A stretch of DNA of 60,808 nt, filler included. It is 6 parts of 6 records of this genome, joined end to end, with 100 filler letters (N's around TTAATTAATTAA, not from the genome) between each part and the next. Parts side by side here need not be neighbours in the genome. Positions count along the whole stretch, not along the records: positions 26,725 to 37,178 come from SRR31156797_3214; positions 37,279 to 46,590 come from SRR31156797_3215; 4 more parts are not named here. One strand, given 5' to 3'. Shown piece by piece: positions 30,328 to 40,192 of this stretch. Position 1 is the stretch's first letter. Every line of letters starts with the position of its first letter. The position numbers and the translations under genes were made by a program. Under the pieces are notes generated by a model. It was given only the letters and a program-made list of their open reading frames with translations, had not been told where the DNA came from and did not search any database.

Positions 30328-31671
30328 ATGCATAAGTTGATATTATATATATTATTACTATCAACACTTGGTTTTTCTCAAACAATTAGCTTTGATAAAG
30401 CATTAAGTTCAACTATTGAATATAGTAAAAAAATCAAACAGCAAGAAATAGAGATAAAACAAAAACATGAAGACTTAAAAAAAGTACAATCTTTCTCTTA
30501 TGGAAATATTGACTTAATACATGAAGCAAGTAAAACAAACCATGCTGGTCATGTATTTAATTCAAAACTTTCATCAAGGGAAGCTACCTTTGAGGACTTT
30601 GGATTTTCGCAATTTGGACAAGCAATCACAACGGAACCTGAAGACTTAAACTATCCAGATAGTAGAAAAAACTTTAATACAAAACTTACCTACTCTATTC
30701 CCTTATTTACAGGTTTTAAACTATCAAGTCAAGAAGACATTTTATCTTTACAAAAAAAAGCAGAGCAAATAAAACTAAATATAGATATAAACTATTTATC
30801 ACTAGAGGTTTTAAAAGCTTATAATAATGCAGTTGTTGCAAAAGAGTTTTTAGAAGCTTCTAAAAATGCCTTGGTTGCTGTAAAAAAATATGAAGATACT
30901 GCAAGTGAGTTTTATAAAGAGGGACTTGTAACAAAGATTGATAAAAAACAAGCCCAAGTTAAAAGACTAAATACACAAAGTAGTTTTATTCAAGCAAAAA
31001 ATAATTTTGAATTATCATTAGCTTATCTTAGTTTTTTAACTGGAATTGAAAATATAACAGATGTAAAAAAACTTAAAAACTATGAGATAAATAAAAATAT
31101 AGATACTTCTTCTGCTTTAGAAAAAAGAGATGAAATAAAAATACTAAAAACTACAAATAACCTTTATAAAAAGAATATTGAATTAAATAAAGCCTCATAT
31201 TATCCATCTGTATACTCATATATCGAATATGGATTTAATGACAATAAAATCACTTCAAATGATGAGAAAGATTACTACATGGCTCTTGTGGGAGTTAAAT
31301 TCACAATTTTTGATGAAACAAGAGAACATGACTTACAAAAAAGTAAACTGCAATATAAAAAATCTCTTCTTCAAAAACAAGAGTTAGAAGATAGTATTAA
31401 ATTAGAAGTAAAAAAAGCAAAACTAAATCTAAATGCAAAAAGTGAAGTATTAGAAGAGAAATTAAAAGCAAAAGAGTTAGCATATGAAGTTTTAGAACAA
31501 TCAAGGCTGATGTATAAAAATAAACTAATCTCTATGTCTGAACTACTTAAACAAGAAGCTATTTATAGACAAAATGAAGCTGAATTAATTTTATCAAAAT
31601 ATGAAAACTCACTTGCTATGGCACAATTTAATCTAGCTTTAGGAAATGACTTATTTAAAGGGAATAAATGA
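30328..31671 (+). CDS. TolC-family outer membrane efflux protein
   Basis: Signal peptide, IPLFTGF, YKEGLVTKID / YKNKLISMSEL repeats, C-terminal NLALG; AGGAG RBS. Confidence 0.9.
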   Translation: MHKLILYILLLSTLGFSQTISFDKALSSTIEYSKKIKQQEIEIKQKHEDLKKVQSFSYGNIDLIHEASKTNHAGHVFNSKLSSREATFEDFGFSQFGQAITTEPEDLNYPDSRKNFNTKLTYSIPLFTGFKLSSQEDILSLQKKAEQIKLNIDINYLSLEVLKAYNNAVVAKEFLEASKNALVAVKKYEDTASEFYKEGLVTKIDKKQAQVKRLNTQSSFIQAKNNFELSLAYLSFLTGIENITDVKKLKNYEINKNIDTSSALEKRDEIKILKTTNNLYKKNIELNKASYYPSVYSYIEYGFNDNKITSNDEKDYYMALVGVKFTIFDETREHDLQKSKLQYKKSLLQKQELEDSIKLEVKKAKLNLNAKSEVLEEKLKAKELAYEVLEQSRLMYKNKLISMSELLKQEAIYRQNEAELILSKYENSLAMAQFNLALGNDLFKGNK

Positions 31672-32423
31672 AAAAGATACTAATATTAACTATTTTACTG
31701 ATTATAAATCTACAAGCACTTGAAATAAGTGGTACAGTCATTTCAGACAATGAAAAAGTGATTACAAGTAAGTTTATGGGTCTAATTAAAAAAGTAAATG
31801 TAAAAGAAGGAGACTTTGTAAAGAAAGGACAAACTCTTTATGAAATAGACTCTTCAAATATTGATAGTCTAAAAAAAGAAGCCTTATTTAATAAACAAAT
31901 CTTAGAAAATAGTCTTGAAAATATAAAACTAAACTATGAAAGATATAAAAGATTATATACAAAAGATTTAGTATCAAAATATGATTTAGAGCAATTAGAA
32001 CTTAAATTTAAAAATACAAAGAGTCAATTGAGTATTGCAAAAGCAAAGGTAAAAGAAGTTCTAAAACAGTATGATTATTTAAAGGTAAAAGCTCCAAATA
32101 ATGGTTTAATCATTAAAAAAAGTATTAAACAAGGAGAAATAGCAGTACCCTCTATGCCTGCTTTTATTCTTACAGACTTAGACTCTTTAAAAATAAAATC
32201 TTCAATCGCAGAATCAGCTTTACAAGTAGTTAAAATAGGAACTAAGGCAAAAATTAATATAGAATCAATCAACCTTCAAACTACAGGACTAGTAACTTCT
32301 ATAATTCCAGATACAAACAGTATGACTCACTCTTTTATCATAAAACTTTCATTTGATAAAAAAGATAAACAAGTCTATCCAGGAATGTATACAAAGGTAT
32401 ATTTGGAGCTAAATAATGAATGA
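31668..32423 (+). CDS. RND periplasmic adaptor (membrane fusion protein)
   Basis: ITSKFMGLIKKVNVKEGDFVKKGQTL lipoyl half, helical hairpin, VKAPNNG, YPGMY. Confidence 0.92.
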   Translation: MKKILILTILLIINLQALEISGTVISDNEKVITSKFMGLIKKVNVKEGDFVKKGQTLYEIDSSNIDSLKKEALFNKQILENSLENIKLNYERYKRLYTKDLVSKYDLEQLELKFKNTKSQLSIAKAKVKEVLKQYDYLKVKAPNNGLIIKKSIKQGEIAVPSMPAFILTDLDSLKIKSSIAESALQVVKIGTKAKINIESINLQTTGLVTSIIPDTNSMTHSFIIKLSFDKKDKQVYPGMYTKVYLELNNE

Positions 32424-33944
32424 TAATTTAAATATTGCAGGGAAACTAGCAAAAACTTTTATAGAACATCCTCTTACACTTATTTTATCAATCTTTATAC
32501 TTATGCTAGGATTTATCTCTTTAGAGTTTATGCCAAGAGAAGAGAACCCTCAAATAAAAGTTAGTGGAGGAGCTGTTATAGTTGCACTTCCAGGGGCAAA
32601 GCCTAATGAAATACAAAAGGTAATAATAGAACCACTAGAGAAGAAGATTAGAGAAATCAAAGGGGTTGAGTATATTTATTCATATGCAAAAGACTCAGTG
32701 GGAATAGTACAAGTTCAATACTATATTGGAGAAGATAAAGAAGAGTCAAACTTAAAGTTATATGACCAAATTATGAAAAACATAGATATGCTACCTACAG
32801 GAGCTTTACCTCCGATAGTTAAAACAATGGATATTGATACAGATATTCCTATTGCAACCCTTGCTTTTTATACAAATGATAAGATTTTAAGTCAAGCAGA
32901 ACTATATAATGAAGTAAGTAAATTAGGACATGAGATAAACAAAATTGAAAATGTAGCCTTAGTTGATTTAAAAGGAGAGAAAAAAGATCAATACAATGTA
33001 CAAATTGATGCAAATAAACTTTCACAATATAACCTATCTGTAGGACAAATTGCAAATAGAATTAAAGCCTTAGCTCATACAATGCCAAGCATAAAAAGTG
33101 ACAACTTGCAAAATGATTTAACAATTTTAAATATCAAAAATGCAATAGAGTCAAAAGAGGATTTAGAAAATATAATTATCTCATATAACTACGGTGTTGC
33201 AGTTTATCTAAAAGATGTTGCAAATATTGAAAAATCATATGACATACAAAATAAAAAAGAAGCAATGCTTTATACAAAAGAGTTAAAAGATGGTATTTCT
33301 CAAACAACATTAACAATTTCAAAGTTAAAAGGTTCGAACTCCGTTACTATAAATGAAAAAATATTCTCTTACATGGAAACTAAAAAAGATGAGTTAGCAA
33401 AAAAAGGTATAAAATATGTCATCACAAGAGATGATGGATATACAGCAAACAATGCGGTAAACTCTTTAGTTCAAAACTTACTTATCTCTATCTTGATTAT
33501 TGCTATTCTACTTATCTTTACACTTGGAGTAAAAGAAGCAATGATAGTTTCATTACTTGTGCCAATGATTTTATCTCTTACACTTTTTATAGGGTTTTTA
33601 TTAGATGAAACTATAAATAGAATTACACTATTTGCACTAATAGTAAGTCTTGGTATGCTTGTAGATGCTGCTATTATTGTAATTGAAAACATAGTTAGAC
33701 ACAAAAAAGAAGATAAAGAAAAAGTTGATATAAAAACATTATCAATAAATGCTACAAATGAGATTGGGAATGCTACAAATATTGCAACGGTAGCCATTAT
33801 CATGACTTTTATTCCTATGTTTTTTGTGGGAGGAATGATGGGACAGTTTATGCACCCTCTTCCTGTTTTTGTTCCTATTGCACTTGTGTATCATTGATTG
33901 TTGCATATGTGTTTACACCATATTTAGTTAAAAAGTTTCTGTAA
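32416..33944 (+). CDS. RND permease, N-terminal half; 1-nt frameshift near 33889 (as sequenced, stops at 33897)
   Basis: MPREENPQI, LPGA, NRITLFALIVSLGMLVDAAIIVIENI. After PVFVPIALV, the shifted frame reads SLIVAYVFTPYLVKKFL-stop(33944), the expected last TM helix. Confidence 0.88.
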
Positions 33945-33952
33945 GGATTTAG

Positions 33953-35614
33953 ATGATGAAATTAGAAAAATTTATTTATAATATACTTGAAAATCCTTCT
34001 AAGTCTATTGTTGTTTATGCAATAACCTTAGGACTTTTTATTTTAAGTATTTTAACCTTTCCTACAGAAATCACAAAAGCTAAAATGCTTCCAAGTAAAG
34101 ACTCAGATACTTTTTCAGTATATGTTGATTTAAAAGATGGTTCTTCAACAAAACAAACAAAAGAAGTAACATCTTGTATTTCTAAGATACTTATAAATAA
34201 AGAGCTTGTAACAAATGTTTCTGTTTTTATAGGAGAAGGTCAGCCTTTAGATTTTGCAGCTCTTGTTAAACAAAGTGCTTTAAAAGATAAACAATCACAA
34301 GCTGAGATAATGGTAAATATAAAAAAAGCCTCAAATAGAAATATACAAAGCTACAATTTTGTAAGTAATATTAGAGAAGAACTTCAAAATCAGTGTTCAA
34401 AACATGACGCAAATATCAAACTTATAGAACTACCTGCTGGACCACCAGTTTTAGCCTCTATTGTTGCTGAAGTCTACGGAGGAAACTCTTTTGAAAACAG
34501 ACGAGAGTTTGCACAAAAAGTTGCTAAAGTTTTAGAAAATCAAGAGACTTTAGTAGATGTTGATGTTATGGCTGATGATTTATATAGTAAGTTTGAAGTA
34601 AGTCTAGATAATAATAAGATAATTCAAAGTGCCCTTTCTTTAGAACAAGTAAAAAACACTCTATATTTAAGCTTTGAAGGTTTAGAAGTTGCTGTTGTAA
34701 ATGAAGAAGATAAACAAAGTCAGATACCTATATTTTTAAGACTTGATAATAATAGAATTTTTAATGAAAATAGCAAAGAAGCTATCTTAGAGCAGTTTTC
34801 AAAATTAAAACTTATAAATAAACATGGCTTTAAAGTACCACTTAGTGAGCTGGTAAGCATTAAAGAAGTAGAAAAAGAAGCAACACTAACTTCTAAAAAT
34901 CTTGCAAAAATGATTAATGTAATTGCTGAAACAAATAAAGATAGTCAAATCTACCCTCTTTTAGACGCTAGAACACAGTTTTTAAAAGATTTTGATGATA
35001 ACTATGAAGTTACAAAAATAGATATGTTAAACCTTGAATTCACCCATAAGCTAACAAAAGAAAAATTCAAACTTATTTGGGATGGAGAGTTAAAAGTAAC
35101 TATAGATACTTTTATTGATTTAGGTGGAGCATTTATTATAGCTTTAGTATTAATCTTCTTTTTAATGGTTGTTTATTATAAAAGTTTTGCCCTTTCTGGG
35201 GGAATTGTATTAGCCTCATTTGTCTCTATTATTGGAGTTATTTTTGCACATATTATAATGGATGTTATCACAACAGATACTTTTTATTTAACTGCAACTT
35301 CTTTGATTGGATTTATTGGTCTAATTGGGATTAACTCAAGAAATTCAACACTTATAATTGACTTTTCTAAACAGTTAGTAGAAGAAAAAGGTCTTAGTAT
35401 AAATGAAGCAATAGCACGAGCTACTGCAACAAGGTCAAAACCTATTATTCTAACTGTTTTAACAATGGTATTTGCTTCAACTTTACTTGCAACAGATGCA
35501 GTATTTGGTGGCTTAGGTGTTGCACTTATTGGAGGAACATTGATGTCTTATGTTGTATCAATGTTCTTTGTTCCAGTAATTATCAAAAATCATGTAAAAA
35601 AGATTATTGTTTAA
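33953..35614 (+). CDS. RND permease, C-terminal half
   Basis: AAGGA RBS; KMLPSKDSDTF, PAGPPVLASIVAEVYG, SLIGFIGLIGINSRNSTLII, TRSKPIILT, LGVALIGG. Confidence 0.9.
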   Translation: MMKLEKFIYNILENPSKSIVVYAITLGLFILSILTFPTEITKAKMLPSKDSDTFSVYVDLKDGSSTKQTKEVTSCISKILINKELVTNVSVFIGEGQPLDFAALVKQSALKDKQSQAEIMVNIKKASNRNIQSYNFVSNIREELQNQCSKHDANIKLIELPAGPPVLASIVAEVYGGNSFENRREFAQKVAKVLENQETLVDVDVMADDLYSKFEVSLDNNKIIQSALSLEQVKNTLYLSFEGLEVAVVNEEDKQSQIPIFLRLDNNRIFNENSKEAILEQFSKLKLINKHGFKVPLSELVSIKEVEKEATLTSKNLAKMINVIAETNKDSQIYPLLDARTQFLKDFDDNYEVTKIDMLNLEFTHKLTKEKFKLIWDGELKVTIDTFIDLGGAFIIALVLIFFLMVVYYKSFALSGGIVLASFVSIIGVIFAHIIMDVITTDTFYLTATSLIGFIGLIGINSRNSTLIIDFSKQLVEEKGLSINEAIARATATRSKPIILTVLTMVFASTLLATDAVFGGLGVALIGGTLMSYVVSMFFVPVIIKNHVKKIIV

Positions 35615-36602
35615 ACTGGCTTATCATCTGCAAAATTTCAGACTCTTTAGCACTATCTTCTCTTATATCTTTAGAAAGTGCTAAAGTATCAATTGTTTTC
35701 ATTGCTTTTTCTATTCTTTGAAGGAAATTTTTTGAGTCTGCATCTAAAAAGTTTTCTTCACTGCTTAAACTATTTTCATTGTTTTTTATAACAACTTCAC
35801 CACTAACTCTTTTTTGCAGTTTTGCAATCTCTTTTTCTGCATTACTTAACATCTCTTCCACTTCACTCTTAGAGTAATTACCCTCTTTGATTTTTTCTTT
35901 TAACTCTATTAAAAGTTTTTCAATTGCTTCAAGTTCAGAAGTTGTAAACCCAGTTTTTAAAAGGGATAAGATATCTTCATACAATGCTTTTGTTTCTTCA
36001 ATATTCTCTTCTTCTTTTTTTGATGTTTTTTCTTTGCTTGAACTAGTATCATCTTCTATAGTATTACCTTTGAAAAAAGATAATACATCTGAAAGAAGAT
36101 TAATCATAGCACTTGGGTCTCCTCCAAATTTTTGTGCATTTTGTTCCAAGGTATTTATTTCATCTTCAAAGTAGTTTTTAATAGAACCTAAAGAAGCGAA
36201 CTCTTCTTTTACATTTTTAGGATGGTTTCCAGGAACTATTTTTCCATTTTCATCCTCTACTAGTCCACTAGAAAAAGAAGACCAAAGATTAACGTTTAAC
36301 ATCATAAATTCACGGTCATCCATTCCTGATAAATACTCTATAAAATCATTTCTTAGGTTTTCATCTCTTTGCAAAACTGTACCATCAAAATAGTGTTCTT
36401 CACCATTTTTAAACCAAGTATTATATCGTTGGATTCCAAGTGCATTTTTTTCTTCAAACTGTTTTTGTTCTTCTTCTGACATATTAGAAGAGATTTCTTG
36501 AGTAGTTTTTAAATATGAAGAAAATGAGTCTTCTGAAGTTGTTTTCTCTTTTTTTGAATAAGTTGTTTGAGAAAACATTTGTGTATCAAGTGAGATTTCC
36601 AC
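35604..36602 (-). CDS. Hypothetical acidic, helical protein
   Basis: 332-aa ORF in AT-rich DNA; GTG start preceded by AAAGG; no recognisable motif. Confidence 0.7.
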   Translation of the reverse strand: MEISLDTQMFSQTTYSKKEKTTSEDSFSSYLKTTQEISSNMSEEEQKQFEEKNALGIQRYNTWFKNGEEHYFDGTVLQRDENLRNDFIEYLSGMDDREFMMLNVNLWSSFSSGLVEDENGKIVPGNHPKNVKEEFASLGSIKNYFEDEINTLEQNAQKFGGDPSAMINLLSDVLSFFKGNTIEDDTSSSKEKTSKKEEENIEETKALYEDILSLLKTGFTTSELEAIEKLLIELKEKIKEGNYSKSEVEEMLSNAEKEIAKLQKRVSGEVVIKNNENSLSSEENFLDADSKNFLQRIEKAMKTIDTLALSKDIREDSAKESEILQMISQFKQ

Positions 36603-36683
36603 AGCTTAACCTTTATAATCAATTATATCTTTAATAATATTTTTTTTGATTATATATTCTTTTATATTAAAAGAAAATCACTT

Positions 36684-37178
36684 TTAAGACAATGGGATTT
36701 TAACTGTAAAAACAGCTCCTTCAGAATTGTTTTTTATAGATAGTTGACCTTTACAATGGTCATTGATGATTATCTTACTCATATAAAGACCTAAACCTGT
36801 TCCCTCTTTAGACTTTTTAGTAGAAAAGTATGGGTCAAATACTTTTTCCATAATATTAGCTGGAATTCCTCCACCATTATCACTAATCTCTATATAACAA
36901 AACTCATCTTCACAAGAAGTTGATATCTTAATCTCTCCATTTGATATTTGGTTTTCTAAAATAGCATCTTCAGCATTTTTAATTAGGTTTAAAATAACTT
37001 GATTTACTTCAGAAGCAAAAACATTAATAGACTCATAACAATCAAAATCAACTGTAAGTTTAATATTGTTCCCCTCTAAAGAGTTTCTAACAATGTTAAT
37101 AGAGTTTGAAACAATATTCTCTAAAGTTGTATTTGTCTTTTGTTTATCACTTTTAAAGAAGTTTCTAAAATCATCAAT
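36684..37178 (-). CDS. Histidine kinase ATPase domain, 5'-truncated
   Basis: Not in the ORF track. Manual translation: IDDFRNFFK...NQVILNLIKNAEDA...DNGGGIP...FDPYFSTK...GTGLGLYMSK...IPLS-stop. Confidence 0.92.
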   Translation of the reverse strand: MDDFRNFFKSDKQKTNTTLENIVSNSINIVRNSLEGNNIKLTVDFDCYESINVFASEVNQVILNLIKNAEDAILENQISNGEIKISTSCEDEFCYIEISDNGGGIPANIMEKVFDPYFSTKKSKEGTGLGLYMSKIIINDHCKGQLSIKNNSEGAVFTVKIPLS

Positions 37179-37278
37179 NNNNNNNNNNNNNNNNNNNNNN
37201 NNNNNNNNNNNNNNNNNNNNNNTTAATTAATTAANNNNNNNNNNNNNNNNNNNNNNNNNNNNNNNNNNNNNNNNNNNN
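37179..37278. other. Artificial contig spacer
   Basis: Same N44-TTAATTAATTAA-N44 linker. Confidence 0.98.
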
Positions 37279-37279
37279 T

Positions 37280-37633
37280 ACTAAATATGAGTTTGGTAAA
37301 AAAGATGGAAAGATTTATCTGATTGACGAAATTCATACTCCGGATTCATCTCGTTATTTCTACTCAGAAGGTTACGAGGAGCGATTGGCAAACAATGAGC
37401 AACAAAAGCAGTTGTCGAAAGAGTTTGTTCGTGAGTGGTTAATGGAGAATGGATTCCAGGGAAAAGAAGGACAAGCAATTCCTGAAATGGATGAAGCTAG
37501 AGTAAACCAAATTTCGGAACGTTACATTGAATTGTACGAGCAAATTATTGGCGAAAAATTCGTTAGAGCTGAAGCTACAAGTGTTAAAACAAGAATCGAG
37601 AAGAATATCGAAGCTTGTCTTGAAACTTTATAA
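37280..37633 (+). CDS. purC: SAICAR synthase, 5'-truncated
   Basis: Frame open from the edge: TKYEFG...[14 protein letters not shown]...[11 protein letters not shown]...RYIELYEQI. Confidence 0.95.
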   Translation, partial: TKYEFGKKDGKIYLIDEIHTPDSSRYFYSEGYEERLANNEQQKQLSKEFVREWLMENGFQGKEGQAIPEMDEARVNQISERYIELYEQIIGEKFVRAEATSVKTRIEKNIEACLETL

Positions 37634-37660
37634 GGATAATAATCCCATTAGGAATAAAAT

Positions 37661-37696
37661 AAAAAAGCCGAAATTCAGAATGAATTTCGGCTTTTT
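37661..37696. terminator. Bidirectional intrinsic terminator
   Basis: AAAAAAGCCGAAATTCA-gaa-TGAATTTCGGCTTTTT between convergent genes. Confidence 0.85.
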
Positions 37697-37710
37697 GCAT
37701 ATATGCATTT

Positions 37711-37737
37711 GTACAGACGCACGGCAGTGCATCTCTA
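37711..37737. repeat. Degenerate REP-like palindrome (GTAG family)
   Basis: GTACAGACGCACGGCAGTGCATCTCTA resembles GTAGAGACGCA-N-TGCGTCTCTAC REPs; only one copy in this window. Confidence 0.55.
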
Positions 37738-37750
37738 TCAATCTCTTAAA

Positions 37751-38086
37751 TCATCCACCAACACGTTTCACCTTGTAGCCTTCCGATTTTAAAAGGTCCA
37801 TGATTTTATCGCGATGATCGCCCTGTATTAGGATTTCTCCATCTTTAGCAGATCCGCCGCCACCGCATTTCGATTTTAGCATTTTTCCCAATTCTTTTAA
37901 ATCATCAGAACTTCCAACAAATCCTTCGATAAGAGTCACCACTTTTCCCTTGCGCTGTTTCTTATCAAGCAATACTCTTAAGGTTTGTTGTTTAGGAGCT
38001 AATGTTTCTTCTACCGACTCATCATCGTATTCGTAATTGTAATCAGGATTCGTGGAATACACGATATTTTTTTTCTTTTTAGCCAT
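37751..38086 (-). CDS. yciH: Translation initiation factor SUI1/YciH family
   Basis: VYSTNPD, RKGKVVTLIEGF, LKSKCGGGGSAKDGEILIQGD. Confidence 0.93.
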   Translation of the reverse strand: MAKKKKNIVYSTNPDYNYEYDDESVEETLAPKQQTLRVLLDKKQRKGKVVTLIEGFVGSSDDLKELGKMLKSKCGGGGSAKDGEILIQGDHRDKIMDLLKSEGYKVKRVGG

Positions 38087-38271
38087 GATAAAAAGGATAA
38101 AGTTTAAAGTAATAAGTTTAATGTGTTACAGCTCCAAGTTCCAAGTACAAAGGAGAAAGTGAAAAACTCCAAATCTCAAAAAACAAATCCCAAAGGAAAA
38201 AGTTTAAAGTCAAAAAACTGATAGTAGACTTGATAAGCTTTGAACTTTATAACAGTTAACTGCAAAGATAC

Positions 38272-38475
38272 CTATTTTCTGTTTCTGGATCTTATACGAT
38301 CGTAAAAATAGATAATGGAACCTATAACAGGAATAAAGGCTACCAGTAGTATCCAAATTAGCTTATCTATTCCTAATAATTTTCTTTTTAATATATCAAC
38401 AATTGCAATAATTGGTAGAATAATGGCTACGATTTTAGTTAGTAGCCAAATATCAAATAGTATTGAATTAAGCAT
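38272..38475 (-). CDS. Small PLDc_N-domain membrane protein
   Basis: IAIVDILKR....DKLIWILLVAFIPVIGSIIYF. Confidence 0.8.
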   Translation of the reverse strand: MLNSILFDIWLLTKIVAIILPIIAIVDILKRKLLGIDKLIWILLVAFIPVIGSIIYFYDRIRSRNRK

Positions 38476-38478
38476 GTA

Positions 38479-38697
38479 TTATTTTCTAATTTTTTGATTT
38501 GTTCCAATTACAAAGTAAAGCAATGCTCCTAAATATGGAAACAATAATACTACCAAAACCCAAATTAATTTATTTGAATTCGTAAACTCATTTCTTAGGA
38601 TATCTATTAATGCAATTAAAGGTAACAGAAATGCCAATAGAACAAAGAGGATAATTATTAGTTGCCATACTCCAATAATTTCACACAATTCAAACAT
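38479..38697 (-). CDS. Small PLDc_N-domain membrane protein
   Basis: IALIDILRNEF...NKLIWVLVVLLFPYLGALLYFVIG. Confidence 0.85.
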   Translation of the reverse strand: MFELCEIIGVWQLIIILFVLLAFLLPLIALIDILRNEFTNSNKLIWVLVVLLFPYLGALLYFVIGTNQKIRK

Positions 38698-38751
38698 AAT
38701 AGTATTGTTTTAAGTTTTTTAAATTGTTTAATTTAATAAAGACATTAAAGT

Positions 38752-39087
38752 TTATCGACTAGCACAACGAACACATTTTTTGCTTTCTGGCATTATCATT
38801 ATTCTTCCCAAAGGAATGGTTGAGCCACATTTGATACACTTGCCAAAATCTGGATTGTCGATATTCTTTAAAGTTTCTTTTAAGGCTGAAAGTTGAACTT
38901 GTTTCTTGCGCAGTGCAGCTTCATTAACACTTTTATTGTTAATGGCATCCATTCTGCTAACTCTACCAATAGCGCAATCGGGAGAAATGGGTTGAGTCAA
39001 ATCTTTTAAGGTGATGATCTCAGCTTCCAGCTTTTCAATCTTTTCTTTTATCTGCGTTTCAATAGTAAGCTTTTCGTCTTGTATCAT
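38752..39087 (-). CDS. TraR/DksA C4 zinc-finger protein
   Basis: AIGRVSRMDA coiled-coil tip; FGKCIKCG..IP..R...PESKKCVRC; minus-strand TATCTTTG (-7 box) at 39114-39121. Confidence 0.9.
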   Translation of the reverse strand: MIQDEKLTIETQIKEKIEKLEAEIITLKDLTQPISPDCAIGRVSRMDAINNKSVNEAALRKKQVQLSALKETLKNIDNPDFGKCIKCGSTIPLGRIMIMPESKKCVRCASR

Positions 39088-39206
39088 TTTGTGTTTATTG
39101 ATTTTGGGTCTACCAAAGATAATAGAAAATGTAAATTGAGCTATATTGGTGATTGGATACGTGAAAATGAATTACTTTTGTATCTCATTACAATAAAAGA
39201 ATATCC

Positions 39207-40046
39207 ATGTCTGTTGAAAATATACCAGAAATCTATCTTAAGAAAAATGAGCCTGTTCAGGATTTGTTTGTCTATGATTTTAAGATGACCAATGATGTTG
39301 TGAAGAGTAAGGTGAACTTAAGCATGAACATGTTTAGTTTTCTGCAAGTTGGTAAAAAACAAGTTCATTTTGCCGATGCGTCGGTAATGGTAAATAAAGA
39401 ACAGTCTTTACTCATTAGACAAGGAAATTGGCTTTGGACAGAATTGCTCGATAATGACGATATCTACTACTGTAAGCTTCTTTTCTTTTCGGAGAATCGA
39501 TTAAAAGAGTTCTTAGATAAATATGCCGAGAAACAAGAGAGTCTTAAGGATGAAATTCCATTTTTTGTAATAGAAAATGATGAATACATCGCTTCGTATT
39601 TGGATACACTTTCAAGAATGACGGTAAAGACTTCTAATTTTAATGCTAATTTGCTTTCGGTTAAGTTTGAAGAAATAATGCTATACTTAATAAGTAAATA
39701 CGGTCAGAAATTTGAGTTATATTTATATTCATTGATATCTAAAGAAAATTCCCCTTTTAAAAAGATCATCGAAAGTAATGTGTATTCAAATTTAAAACTG
39801 GAAGAGATTGCCTTTTTGTGCAATATGAGTTTGTCAACATTCAAACGTAATTTTATTGCAGAGTATAATGTTTCACCAGGAAAGTGGCTTCAAGATAAAA
39901 GGCTTCAAAGAGCGAAAGAGCTTTTGCAAAATGGAGACGTCACCGCTTCAGATATCTATTTGGATTTCGGTTATTCGAACCTTCCTAACTTTAGTATCGC
40001 TTTTAAAAACAAGTTTGGAATCAGTCCAACGGAAATTGTAAAATAA
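39207..40046 (+). CDS. AraC-family transcriptional regulator
   Basis: LEEIAFLCNMSLSTFKRNF, SPGKWL, GYSNLPNFSIAFKNKFGISP; TACTTTTG (-7 box) at 39173-39180. Confidence 0.93.
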   Translation: MSVENIPEIYLKKNEPVQDLFVYDFKMTNDVVKSKVNLSMNMFSFLQVGKKQVHFADASVMVNKEQSLLIRQGNWLWTELLDNDDIYYCKLLFFSENRLKEFLDKYAEKQESLKDEIPFFVIENDEYIASYLDTLSRMTVKTSNFNANLLSVKFEEIMLYLISKYGQKFELYLYSLISKENSPFKKIIESNVYSNLKLEEIAFLCNMSLSTFKRNFIAEYNVSPGKWLQDKRLQRAKELLQNGDVTASDIYLDFGYSNLPNFSIAFKNKFGISPTEIVK

Positions 40047-40125
40047 TTCGACTGCTATTAAATCTCTTTATTTGTGGGTGCTTTGATGAGTTTTATGTGG
40101 GTGAAATATCATTACAAATCTAGAT

Positions 40126-40192
40126 TGACCTTTTTTAATAATCAAATGAACTTTTTCAGTAAGCACACTGGGAGAGACTTGCCATACTTTTG
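40126..40192 (+). promoter_or_regulatory. adh promoter with tandem putative AraC-type operator
   Basis: TGACCTTTTTTAATAA (40126) and TGAACTTTTTCAGTAA (40147), 21-bp period, then Bacteroidota -7 box TACTTTTG (40185-40192). Confidence 0.6.
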
